Origin: Pirellulales bacterium
Lineage (GTDB): Bacteria; Planctomycetota; Planctomycetia; Pirellulales; PALSA-1355
Direction: 5' to 3'
Length of the DNA stretch: 64,000 nt
Assembly: GCA_050250435.1 (NCBI GenBank)
Contig: JBFWOR010000005.1
Location: forward strand, 170,300 to 234,299
The notes under the pieces were generated by a model, which was not told the DNA's origin, searched no databases, and worked only from the letters and a program-made list of their open reading frames with translations. A program made the translations under genes and the position numbers. This document shows, piece after piece, positions 26,085-36,435 of this stretch. The first letter of the stretch is position 1; each line of letters begins with the position of its first letter.

Positions 26085-27362
26085 ATGCACATCCACAGCA
26101 GGGCCGCCCGGATCGTAATGCTGGCCGTTGGGCTCGCTGGCCTGGCGGCAAATGGCCCCAACGCACAGCCCGCTTCGGCGCTCGACTTCACCAGCTACGG
26201 ACAGGCGCGCGATTTTCTGGCCGCGCACACCGAAGTCGTGGAAATGACCGGCGAAGACGGCGAGCGCGTCGCCATCTGCCCCGAGCTGCAAGGCCGGGTC
26301 ATGACTTCGACCACCGGCGACCTCAAAGGTCGCAGTCTGGGGTGGATTAACAAATCTTTTCTCCAGCGCGGCACGCTCGACAAGCAATTCAACAACTACG
26401 GCGGTGAAGACCGGCTCTGGCTCGGGCCCGAGGGCGGACCCTATAGCCTGTGGTTCGCGCCGGGCGCAGAGCAAAAGCTGACCCATTGGATCACCCCCGC
26501 GGCGCTCAACGACGGCGCTTTCAAAATCGTCTCCCGCAAGGAGGACCCGTTTTACAAGTTCTCGCGGCAGATGCGCCTGACGAACACGGCCCGCACGCAA
26601 TTCGACCTGGAAGTGACGCGCGAGATCCGTCTGCAAAAGGCGCATCACTTTGGCCAGTTGTTCGGCGCGGAAGCCCAAAGCGCGTTGGAAGGCGGCGGGC
26701 TCAAGGTCGTCGGTTTTCAGACCATCAACACGATCGTCAATCGCGGTCAGCCCATGACCCGCGAAAAAGGCCTGGTCTCCATCTGGAGCCTGGGCCAGTT
26801 TCCGGCCGGTGAGCGCACCTTCGTGATCGTGCCCTATCGTGCCGGCGACGAAGCCGATCTGGGGCCGATCGTCAATTCCGAGTACTTCGGTTCGGTGCCG
26901 GCCGACCGTTTGCGGGTCACCCCGCAAGCCATCTGGTTTCTGGCGGACGGCAAGTACCGCTCGAAAATCGGCGTGTCGCAGCGGCGCGTGAAGCCAATCG
27001 TCGGCTCGCTCGACATGACGGCCGGGGTGCTGACACTCGTACACTTCACGATGCCGGCGGAACCCGCGGAGTTTTCCTACGTCAACAACGAGTGGGGCCG
27101 CCAGGCCGAGCCCTATCGGGGCGACGTGGCCAATAGCTACAACGACGGGCCGCCGGAACCCGGCCGGCCGGCGATGGGCGGCTTTTACGAGATCGAGTCG
27201 CTTTCGCCCGCGGCGCAACTGCCCACCGGCAAATCCCTTTCGCACACGCAGACCACGTTTCACATCGAGGGCGACGCCAGCCGCCTGGCACGCGTGGCCA
27301 AAGCGGCCCTGGGCGTGGACGTGAAAGTAAACGAAGTGGCCAGCGACCCCAAGAATCGATGA
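26085..27362 (+). CDS. Exported hypothetical protein
   Basis: 425-aa ORF with a signal-like N-terminus (MHIHSRAARIVMLAVGLAGLAANGPNAQP) and the conserved-looking block NNYGGEDRLWLGPEGGPYSLWF. I could not name the family with confidence. Confidence 0.6.
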   Translation: MHIHSRAARIVMLAVGLAGLAANGPNAQPASALDFTSYGQARDFLAAHTEVVEMTGEDGERVAICPELQGRVMTSTTGDLKGRSLGWINKSFLQRGTLDKQFNNYGGEDRLWLGPEGGPYSLWFAPGAEQKLTHWITPAALNDGAFKIVSRKEDPFYKFSRQMRLTNTARTQFDLEVTREIRLQKAHHFGQLFGAEAQSALEGGGLKVVGFQTINTIVNRGQPMTREKGLVSIWSLGQFPAGERTFVIVPYRAGDEADLGPIVNSEYFGSVPADRLRVTPQAIWFLADGKYRSKIGVSQRRVKPIVGSLDMTAGVLTLVHFTMPAEPAEFSYVNNEWGRQAEPYRGDVANSYNDGPPEPGRPAMGGFYEIESLSPAAQLPTGKSLSHTQTTFHIEGDASRLARVAKAALGVDVKVNEVASDPKNR

Positions 27363-28057
27363 GCGCTGCGCCGTGGCGATCGCAGTTGGAGCGCGTGCTC
27401 GAGCCGGAAGTGATGGATTCGGCCGAGGACGCGCACGACTACGACGCCATGGACCATGCGGAGGTGAATCGCCGGTTCGTCGGTGATTTTCTCGCCGCGC
27501 GCCAACGCGTCGCCCTGCCGGCCGACGCCCCGGTGCTGGACATCGGCACCGGCACCGCGCAGATCCCTATCGAGCTTTGTACGCGCGAGCCACGAGCACG
27601 TGTGGTCGCAGTCGACCTGGCAGCGCACATGCTCCGCGTGGCGGCGGAGAATGTCGCGCGGGCCCGGCTGGCCGACCGTATTACACTTGAGCACATTGAT
27701 GCCAAGGGTTTGCCCTACGTTGACGGGCACTTTGCCGCCGTAATGTCCAACAGCATCGTGCACCACGTGCCCGAGCCAAAACGCGTGCTGGCCGAAATGC
27801 TGCGCGTCACGCGATCGGGCGGGCTGGTGTTCGTGCGCGACTTGGCGCGGCCGCTGGACGAGAATCAGGTGCGGCACCTGGTGGATTCCTACGCCGCTGG
27901 GTGCAACGCTCATCAGCGGCAGCTGTTTGACGACTCGCTGCGCGCAGCCCTCTCGGTCGAGGAAATTCAGGCGCTCGTGGTCGAGTTGGGCTACGCGGCC
28001 GAGACCGTCGCCGCCACCAGCGACCGGCACTGGACGTGGAGCGCGGTGCAGGCCTAA
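27359..28057 (+). CDS. Class I SAM-dependent methyltransferase
   Basis: 232-aa ORF with an ATGA overlap with the preceding gene and SAM motif I VLDIGTGTAQIPIEL, followed by acidic post-I/II motifs. Confidence 0.85.
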   Translation: MSAAPWRSQLERVLEPEVMDSAEDAHDYDAMDHAEVNRRFVGDFLAARQRVALPADAPVLDIGTGTAQIPIELCTREPRARVVAVDLAAHMLRVAAENVARARLADRITLEHIDAKGLPYVDGHFAAVMSNSIVHHVPEPKRVLAEMLRVTRSGGLVFVRDLARPLDENQVRHLVDSYAAGCNAHQRQLFDDSLRAALSVEEIQALVVELGYAAETVAATSDRHWTWSAVQA

Positions 28058-28128
28058 CGGAAGCGGTGGCGCGTCACCGCAGCGCGTCACTGCGGCGCGT
28101 CCCGACGGCTTGACTAGCGGTCGCGAGC

Positions 28129-28338
28129 TTAGCGCTTGCGGACCTTGGCCATGGCCGTGCGGCTGAACGTGTTCCAGGCCGCGAAGAGAAAGATGGCGCC
28201 GGCAATGCCAATCAAGGCCAGTGTCACACTTTGAGCGCCCCAGGCCGGACCGTCGGCGGCCCCCTGGCCAAAGCCGGCAGATCCCGCGGTCGAAGTCAGG
28301 TTGCTCGTATCCGTCATCGAGTCGCTGGCAAAACGCAT
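28129..28338 (-). CDS. Small single-pass membrane protein, hypothetical
   Basis: This is an internal ATG 28338 of ORF 28129..28599, preceded by a strong SD GGAGGAGAGG (28353-28344) with a 5-nt spacer. The product is 69 aa: MRFASDSMTDTSNLTSTAGSAGFGQG...VTLALIGIAGAIFLFAAWNTF...KVRKR. Confidence 0.45.
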   Translation of the reverse strand: MRFASDSMTDTSNLTSTAGSAGFGQGAADGPAWGAQSVTLALIGIAGAIFLFAAWNTFSRTAMAKVRKR

Positions 28339-28616
28339 GAATCCTCTCCTCCGACGAAGGGCGCTGCGGACACACGAACCATCAGTATCGTTGAACCACC
28401 GGGGGCGTGCAAGCGCCCGGCAACCGCCACAGGCGCGCTGCGCCCGACGAACGACACTCCTGGAGGCTCCACAAAACACACGCTGGCGGGGGCGCGCCAG
28501 CGGCCGGCAGCCCGAAACAAGCCCGGCCCTTGCGCCCCTTGGCACGCGCGCGACCGCCGACCATGATTGATCGCTGACAGCTGCCATTGCGCAGTGCATC
28601 GCTTGCGGAGTGCTCG

Positions 28617-29510
28617 GTGGAAATCGACGGCACGCACATTGAAGACACGTTTGCCGAGGCCTTCCGCATGCGCTACGTGCGGCTGGTCGTCACCGCGGCC
28701 GACGAACACTGGCTGGACGCCGGATTGCGCGAATTCACGGGCTATAGCTCGTCGATCATCTCCTGCGACAGCGAGACAGGCCTCGAGCGCCTGCTCGCCC
28801 GTGACGAAACGCCCGATGGCCGGCCCGGCGCCGCAACGCTGGTGTTCGGCTTTTCAGCTGAGTCGCTGGCTAAAGTCGTGCCCAATCGCGTCGGGCAATG
28901 CCTGATGACTTGTCCCACCACCGCCGTGTTCGACGGGCTGACGGATGGAGAAGCGCGGATCGCGCTGGGCAAGACGATTCGCTATTTCGGCGACGGCTAC
29001 CAGAAGAGCAAGCTTATCGGCGGCCGGCGCTATTGGCGCATTCCGGTCATGGACGGCGAATTTCTGATCGAGAGCATGGTACACGTCGACAAAGGCGTCG
29101 GCGGCGGCAACTTGATCGTCCAGGCAGCCACCCAAGCGGCGGCGCTGGCCGCGGCGCGGCGCGCGATCGCGGCGATCGAACCCTTGCCGGGCGTCATCAC
29201 GCCGTTTCCCGGCGGCGTGGCGCGCAGCGGCAGCAAAGTCGGCTCGCGTTACAAAGCGCTCAAGGCTTCAACGGCCGAGTCGTACTGTCCCAGCCTGCGG
29301 GGCCGGCCGGAGGTGCAGACGCGATTGGCCGACGGCGCGAACGTGGCCTATGAAATCGTGATTGACGGCGTGAGCGAGTCGGCTGTGGCCGCGGCCATGG
29401 CGGCGGGCGTGCGTGCCGCCGCAGGACCCAACGTGGTCGCCATCAGCGCCGGCAACTACGGCGGCAAGCTCGGCAAGTTTCATTTCCACTTGCGCGAGCT
29501 CGTGGGCTAG
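28617..29510 (+). CDS. ftr: Formylmethanofuran--tetrahydromethanopterin N-formyltransferase
   Basis: The ORF is 28587..29510. GTG 28617 gives a 297-aa product starting (M)EIDGTHIEDTFAEAFRMRYVRLVVTA, matching the Ftr/FhcD N-terminus as I recall it. The length is typical for Ftr. Confidence 0.88.
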   Translation: MEIDGTHIEDTFAEAFRMRYVRLVVTAADEHWLDAGLREFTGYSSSIISCDSETGLERLLARDETPDGRPGAATLVFGFSAESLAKVVPNRVGQCLMTCPTTAVFDGLTDGEARIALGKTIRYFGDGYQKSKLIGGRRYWRIPVMDGEFLIESMVHVDKGVGGGNLIVQAATQAAALAAARRAIAAIEPLPGVITPFPGGVARSGSKVGSRYKALKASTAESYCPSLRGRPEVQTRLADGANVAYEIVIDGVSESAVAAAMAAGVRAAAGPNVVAISAGNYGGKLGKFHFHLRELVG

Positions 29511-29536
29511 AGCGCCGAGCACTGCTCGGGCTGCGC

Positions 29537-30883
29537 TTAAACCAGCAACTCGGCAATCGGCTGCCCCTCGGCCAGCTTTAGCGGCCGCCCGGCGGGCGAG
29601 AGCAGCTCTTTCGCCGGGTCGATTCCCAGCGCCGCCAGCAGCGTGGCGTGAATGTCGGCCACTTGCTTGGGATTCTCCACCGTGCGGCCGCCCTCGGGAT
29701 CAGTCGCGCCGATCACGGTTCCGCCGCGGATGCGTCCGCCGGCCAACGCCATGCTGAAACCTTGCGTCCAGTGATCGCGTCCGCCCAACCGGTTGATGCG
29801 CGGAGTGCGGCCGAACTCGCCCGCCACGAGCACCAGGGTGCGGTCCCACAGCTCGTGCGTCTTGAGATCCGTCAGGAGCGCCGCCAGCGCCGGATCGAGC
29901 GTGCCTTTCCGATCGGTGTGGATCTGATGGTTGTCGACGTGACTGTCCCAGCCGTCGAGCGTCACTTCCACGCAGCGCACGCCCACGCCCACCAGCCGCC
30001 GCGCCGCCAAACAGCCGCGACCAAACGGCGTATCGCCATATGCCGCCCGCTCCCCGGCCGACGCCTGCGAAACGTCGAAGGCCGCCAACTGCTCGGAGGT
30101 CATCATTTTGCGGGCCTCGCGCACCGTCGCGCGATGCAGCGTGGCGTCCACGGCGCCGCGCCGCCCGCGGGCGAACCGCTCGTCCAGCAAGTCCAGATCG
30201 GCGAGTCGCTGTCGATAGCGCGGTTCGTCGATGCGCGAGGTCACGTCGGAAACCTTGCTGGCCGGATCGTTGGCCTGAAAGGCGTCGTACGCATCGCCCA
30301 GATAGCCGCCGCGGGCCGGCCACTGTCCAGGCAGAATGGCAATGTGCCGCGGGATTTCGGTGCCTGCCCCCGGCAGCTCGTGGCAGCAAATCGCGCCGAT
30401 CGAAGGATGCACGGCCGTCGCATCGGGCCGATAGCCGTTTTTTACCAGGTAAGTGCCACGCTCGTGGTCGCCCTCTTTGCTCACCAGCGAACGGACCAGT
30501 GCGATCGATTCCATCTGTTCGGCCACGCGCTCCAACCCGGTCGCGAAGCGCACGCCTTTGACGGCCGTCTCGATGGCCCGCGTATCGCCGGCGATTTTCT
30601 TGCCGGGGTGCGGGTCGAAGGTTTCCAGCTGGCTGGGTCCGCCGGCCAGCCACAGCACGATCAACGACTGCGCCATCGGGCGATCCGTCTGCGATGGCGC
30701 AGGCGCCCGTGCCGTCTCGTCGAGCGCCAACAACTGCGCAACGTTGGTCAGCCAGGCAGCGCCGCCCAGCGCCCCCAACTGCAGCAGCGCACGGCGATGT
30801 AGCGCGGCATGGCCTGGGAACTGGCCCGATTTTTCAGAGTCCGCGACTGAAAAATGAGGCTGCGGCCTGCGTGAATGTGTCAT
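29537..30883 (-). CDS. DUF1501 domain protein (sulfatase/phosphatase-like, Tat-type signal)
   Basis: The ORF is 29537..30928, with ATG 30883 lying 2 nt after the stop of the upstream gene. It has a twin-arginine-like HRRALLQLGALGGAAWL and the characteristic GGRDHW near the C-terminus. Confidence 0.88.
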   Translation of the reverse strand: MTHSRRPQPHFSVADSEKSGQFPGHAALHRRALLQLGALGGAAWLTNVAQLLALDETARAPAPSQTDRPMAQSLIVLWLAGGPSQLETFDPHPGKKIAGDTRAIETAVKGVRFATGLERVAEQMESIALVRSLVSKEGDHERGTYLVKNGYRPDATAVHPSIGAICCHELPGAGTEIPRHIAILPGQWPARGGYLGDAYDAFQANDPASKVSDVTSRIDEPRYRQRLADLDLLDERFARGRRGAVDATLHRATVREARKMMTSEQLAAFDVSQASAGERAAYGDTPFGRGCLAARRLVGVGVRCVEVTLDGWDSHVDNHQIHTDRKGTLDPALAALLTDLKTHELWDRTLVLVAGEFGRTPRINRLGGRDHWTQGFSMALAGGRIRGGTVIGATDPEGGRTVENPKQVADIHATLLAALGIDPAKELLSPAGRPLKLAEGQPIAELLV

Positions 30884-30885
30884 GG

Positions 30886-32571
<1,686 letters not shown>

Positions 32572-32741
32572 CGTCTGCGGTCTCCCGCTACGTTGCGCTG
32601 CCCCTGGGTTGTGCGGTCCCGCCAGACTGCACGCAAAACCCGACCATACGGCCCGCCACTTATTGTATTCGCTACCGTAGGCTCATGCTTGGTCGGTCGC
32701 CGGAAAACGGCCCGCGACTCCGCTTGCGAAGCGGCCGGCAC

Positions 32742-33620
32742 TCATTCTGCGCCGTGCCGATACTCGTCCACCTGGCCAGGATCAAGCGGGGGCGTGCTCT
32801 CAGGCCCCGGCAGAATCCACAACTCGCCAAACAACACGTTCTGCTCGGCCCGGGCCTGCCGGTGCCGCATCAGCTCCAGAATCGCCAGGAAGATGCCGAT
32901 CAGCGACGATTTGTGCATTCCCGGCTGAAACAGCTCGCGAAACGTGAGTCGCCCCCGCTGCCCAACCAGTGCCTGAATCCGGGTCATCTGGACGTGAATG
33001 GGCGTGTCGTCGTAGACGATGCTCGACGGCCGAGTGGCCGCGCTATCGCGCATGATACGGCCGAACGCGCTCACCAGATCCCACAGCTCGACTTCCTGGA
33101 TCTCTTCGTCACCCAGGTTGCGCTCGCGGGGCGGCAGATCGCTGGCCAGCCGCGGGAACCGCTCCTGCCAATTGCGGCCGCGCTCGTCGAGCATGCTGGC
33201 CGCGTCCTTGAACTTCTTGTATTCCAGCAGTCGGGCCACGAGCTGCTGCCGCGGGTCTTCCAGCTCATCATCCACTTCCCCGCCCCGGGGCAGCACCATC
33301 CGCGACTTGATCTCCACCAAGGTGCTGGCCAGCTCCAGAAAATCGCCCACGGCGTTGACGTCCAGTTGCTGCAGGATCTCCAGGTGCTCCAAATACTGCT
33401 CGGTGATCGGCGCAATGGGGATCTCCGTTACCTCCACCTCGTGCTTGCGCACCAGGTAGAGCAGCAAATCGAGCGGGCCCCGAAAGATTTCCAGGTCGAC
33501 GCGAAATTGACCGGCACTGCTCACGGGGGCTCCTGGAAAGGAACTTGGCTGGCGGCGGTAAGCGGCAACGAGGGCCAGCCCTACGGCCAAATGTATGTCC
33601 CGCGCTGCCGCCGCGTCCAT
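32742..33620 (-). CDS. scpA: Segregation and condensation protein A
   Basis: The ORF is 32742..33845. The ScpA core begins FRVDLEIFRGPLDLLLYLVRKHEVEVTEIPIAPITEQYLEHLE. ATG 33620 was chosen, and the 75 codons upstream look non-conserved, so the start is uncertain. Confidence 0.8.
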   Translation of the reverse strand: MDAAAARDIHLAVGLALVAAYRRQPSSFPGAPVSSAGQFRVDLEIFRGPLDLLLYLVRKHEVEVTEIPIAPITEQYLEHLEILQQLDVNAVGDFLELASTLVEIKSRMVLPRGGEVDDELEDPRQQLVARLLEYKKFKDAASMLDERGRNWQERFPRLASDLPPRERNLGDEEIQEVELWDLVSAFGRIMRDSAATRPSSIVYDDTPIHVQMTRIQALVGQRGRLTFRELFQPGMHKSSLIGIFLAILELMRHRQARAEQNVLFGELWILPGPESTPPLDPGQVDEYRHGAE

Positions 33621-34107
33621 GCCGTCTGTCGGCGGCAGGATGCCAGCGCCTACCGACCGCGGCGAGCACTCCTGGTCGGCTACACCGGGCTGTGGTTTCG
33701 CAAGTGCCAGGCCGAGTTCTCGGGGGTACGACAACTCTATGGAGGGGTCCGGTGCCAGAGCGAACAGGCCAGGCAGGCCCCTGCTAGTGGCACCTTGCAG
33801 AATTGTTAGTATAATGCTGGCTGACACTTCTCGCGTGCGTTCCACCGCCCGCGATCCCCTCGGGGCTCGTGTGCGACTTCTCGATACGTGGCGGCAATCC
33901 TCCGGCTTTCGGCCGGTTTGAGCTTGTCGGACAGAGCGGGGCTGAAGGCAGCCGCAAGCCGCGGCTGACCTTCGTGAAGAGCGTTGTTGCCCTGATGCGT
34001 TACGCGTTGCCCGGCTGCCACTGCCGCGCGCCTTCCGCCGCCGCTACTGGTCTGCCGTCGACACGCGCCGCGTCCGTCAATTCACGCCGAGCTGACGAGG
34101 TGGAAGC

Positions 34108-34755
34108 GTGCTCGAAATCAAGCATAAGAAAACGCGCGCCGTGCTGCAGGCGATCGACGCAGAATCCTTCGAAGGCCGCAAAATGTCGGGCGCGCAACTG
34201 CGCGGTGCCGACCTGGCCGGAGCCAATCTGGCCGGGGCGGACCTGGTCTGCTGCGATCTGCGCGACGCCGACCTGCAAGACGCCAACCTGGCCAACGCGC
34301 TGCTCAACGGCGCCTATCTGAACGGTGCCAACCTGGCCCGGGCCAATCTCAGCGGCGCCAACCTGACCGACGCGCAGCTGCATCATGCCGAGCTGCAGGA
34401 AGCCACGATGGTCAAGTGCAACCTGCGCTACGCCCAACTGCACGACGCCATGTTGTGCAAAGCCAATCTGGCCAACTCCGACTTGAGCATGGCCGACTTG
34501 CGCGCCGACTTTCACGAGGCCAAGCTGTCCCGGGCGGACCTGCGCGCCTCGGACTTGTCGGGTGCGAATTTGCGCGGAGCTGATTTGCAGGAAGCCAATC
34601 TCACCGGGGCCAAGTTGCACGCCACGCAAATGGCCGGCGCCAAGACCTACGGCATGGTCGACGTGGCCGGCAACCGCGTGTTCTACGGCATCACGCGCGG
34701 CAAGAACGACAAGCGGCCCCTGCGCCCCTGGTGGAAATTCTGGGCCCAGGCGTAG
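34108..34755 (+). CDS. Pentapeptide-repeat protein
   Basis: 215-aa ORF with GTG start 34108 preceded by GAGGTGGA. It has more than 25 consecutive A(D/N)LxX pentads (GADLAGANLAGADLVCCDLRDADLQDANLANALLNGAYLNGANL...). Confidence 0.85.
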   Translation: MLEIKHKKTRAVLQAIDAESFEGRKMSGAQLRGADLAGANLAGADLVCCDLRDADLQDANLANALLNGAYLNGANLARANLSGANLTDAQLHHAELQEATMVKCNLRYAQLHDAMLCKANLANSDLSMADLRADFHEAKLSRADLRASDLSGANLRGADLQEANLTGAKLHATQMAGAKTYGMVDVAGNRVFYGITRGKNDKRPLRPWWKFWAQA

Positions 34756-34863
34756 CGGAAATTCTCGGGCGCGGCATTCGCCAGAATTCCGTAGTTGGAT
34801 TTCCGAGCGTGCTCCGCGCCGTTGGATTGAACGTTCTCGTGTCCGCCGATGGCGGAACCTATC

Positions 34864-34973
34864 CTAGCCCGCATTTCTCACCAGCCTCCTGCTCTGCGGA
34901 GCCCAAGTCCTTGGCTGTCGTCGTCGAGGACTTAGCTCCGCTCGCTACGAAGTTGGTGAGAAATGCGGGCTAG
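34864..34973. repeat. 110-nt extended imperfect hairpin (20-bp perfect outer stem) in intergenic DNA
   Basis: CTAGCCCGCATTTCTCACCA (34864-34883) is the exact reverse complement of TGGTGAGAAATGCGGGCTAG (34954-34973). Inner stems are CGGAGC/GCTCCG (34897-34902 / 34935-34940) and AAGTCC/GGACTT (34905-34910 / 34928-34933). Confidence 0.85.
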
Positions 34974-35204
34974 CCTGGGGCAACGCGCCAGGCATCGGCA
35001 GCATAGTCGTTCGTGTGGGAACTGGCAGTGCGACGCTTCGTTGCACGACTACGCGCTGCCAAATACAAAAGCTGACCGGTGGAGCCACAGCGACTGCCGT
35101 AGCCAGCGCTGCACCTGCCGCCTATAATCCGCGCTCGCCATTTTTCACCGCTCTACGGCCAGCACTGCGGCCCGCCGGCCCGTGCCTTTCCCCCCTGACC
35201 GCGT

Positions 35205-35918
35205 ATGACCACGCTGATCGACTGGCTCAAATATCTGATTGGGCTGGCCGACCCGGAAAACTTGCGCACCCTGGTCAACCTGGCGGGGCCTCCCTGGGTC
35301 GGTTACCTCGTTCTCTCGGCCATCATCTTCAGCGAGACCGGCCTGCTCGTGGGCTTCTTCCTGCCTGGCGACTCGCTGTTGTTCGCCGCCGGCCTGTTGG
35401 CCAGTCAGGATGTGTTCAACGTTGGGATATTGATCGGCGTGCTGTCGGTGGCCGGAATTGCCGGCGACGCCGTGAATTACTTTCTCGGCCGGCAAACGGG
35501 CGAACACGTGTTCGAGCGCGGCCGGCTGCGGTTCGTCAAGCACAGCCACCTGATGGCGGCCAAGATGTTCTACGAACGTCACGGCGGCAAAGCGATCATT
35601 CTCGCACGGTTCGTGCCGTTGGTGCGCACGTTTACGCCCTTCGTGGCCGGCGTGGCGCGCATGGGCTATCGCCGCTTCGTCATCTACAACATTGTCGGCG
35701 GTATCGGCTGGATCACGTCGATGACCCTCTGTGGCTACTTCCTGGGCCGGATTCCCTGGATTCGCGACCATTTTGAGATGGTCGTGATTGCGATCGTGCT
35801 AGTGAGCTTGCTGCCGATTGCCGCCAGCTTCGCGCGGCACTGGCTCGCCACCCGCCGATTGCGGCGCGCGGCGGTCCGCATGGGGGTACGGCCCGCCAAC
35901 GACGCGCACGAGTCCTGA
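35205..35918 (+). CDS. DedA family (VTT domain) membrane protein
   Basis: 237-aa ORF with SAIIFSETGLLVGFFLPGDSLLFAAGLLA and ...GKAIILARFVPLVRTFTPFVAGVARM, which are DedA signatures. Confidence 0.85.
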   Translation: MTTLIDWLKYLIGLADPENLRTLVNLAGPPWVGYLVLSAIIFSETGLLVGFFLPGDSLLFAAGLLASQDVFNVGILIGVLSVAGIAGDAVNYFLGRQTGEHVFERGRLRFVKHSHLMAAKMFYERHGGKAIILARFVPLVRTFTPFVAGVARMGYRRFVIYNIVGGIGWITSMTLCGYFLGRIPWIRDHFEMVVIAIVLVSLLPIAASFARHWLATRRLRRAAVRMGVRPANDAHES

Positions 35919-36114
35919 CACAGCACAACATCGACGCAGCGACGTAGCCATCTGGTGGCACTGGCGTCTCGCCAGTGCTTTGCCGCACGGGCAGGATGCC
36001 CGTGCCACCCGGCGATGTGCCGTTGCCAATGTACCGCGCAGAGCGGCAGTGGCACGCCGTCCGCGATTGCAGTATCCTCTGGCTGTCGCCCGATCCTGCC
36101 CTGGAATCCCGCCT

Positions 36115-36435
36115 GTGCCTCATCCCGCCGAAGACGCTGTCGTGCGAGCCGCGCGCCGCGAGGCGGCGTTGGCGCTTGTCATGTGGGTCGTGGCCATGAC
36201 CTATAGCGTGTGGTACTGCTACACGCGCGGCTACGGACGCTCGCCCGAGAGCCTTACGTTTGTGCTCTGGTTTCCGGATTGGGTTTTTTGGGGCATCGTG
36301 GTGCCTTGGCTGACCAGTGCGGCGGTGTCGGTGGTGTTCGCCTTCGGCTTCATGGGCACCGAATCGTTGGGCGAGGCCATCGATTCCGACCTGCCCCCGG
36401 CGGCCGACGTGCCGGCGGAGGTGCCCGATGCCTGA
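36115..36435 (+). CDS. Small membrane protein upstream of the SSS transporter (YhdT/DUF997-like by position and topology)
   Basis: This is the in-frame GTG 36115 of ORF 35818..36435. It has two hydrophobic segments (ALALVMWVVAMTYSVWYCY; FWGIVVPWLTSAAVSVVFAFGF). Its stop overlaps the transporter ATG by 8 nt (ATGCCTGA). The start is uncertain. Confidence 0.55.
   Translation: MPHPAEDAVVRAARREAALALVMWVVAMTYSVWYCYTRGYGRSPESLTFVLWFPDWVFWGIVVPWLTSAAVSVVFAFGFMGTESLGEAIDSDLPPAADVPAEVPDA

Noticed and set aside
34000-34629. 209-aa - strand ORF with its own 5-residue periodicity
   Set aside because: It is the antisense shadow of the pentapeptide-repeat gene. Only the + frame gives the canonical A(D/N)LxX pattern and has an SD-like GAGGTGGA before its start.
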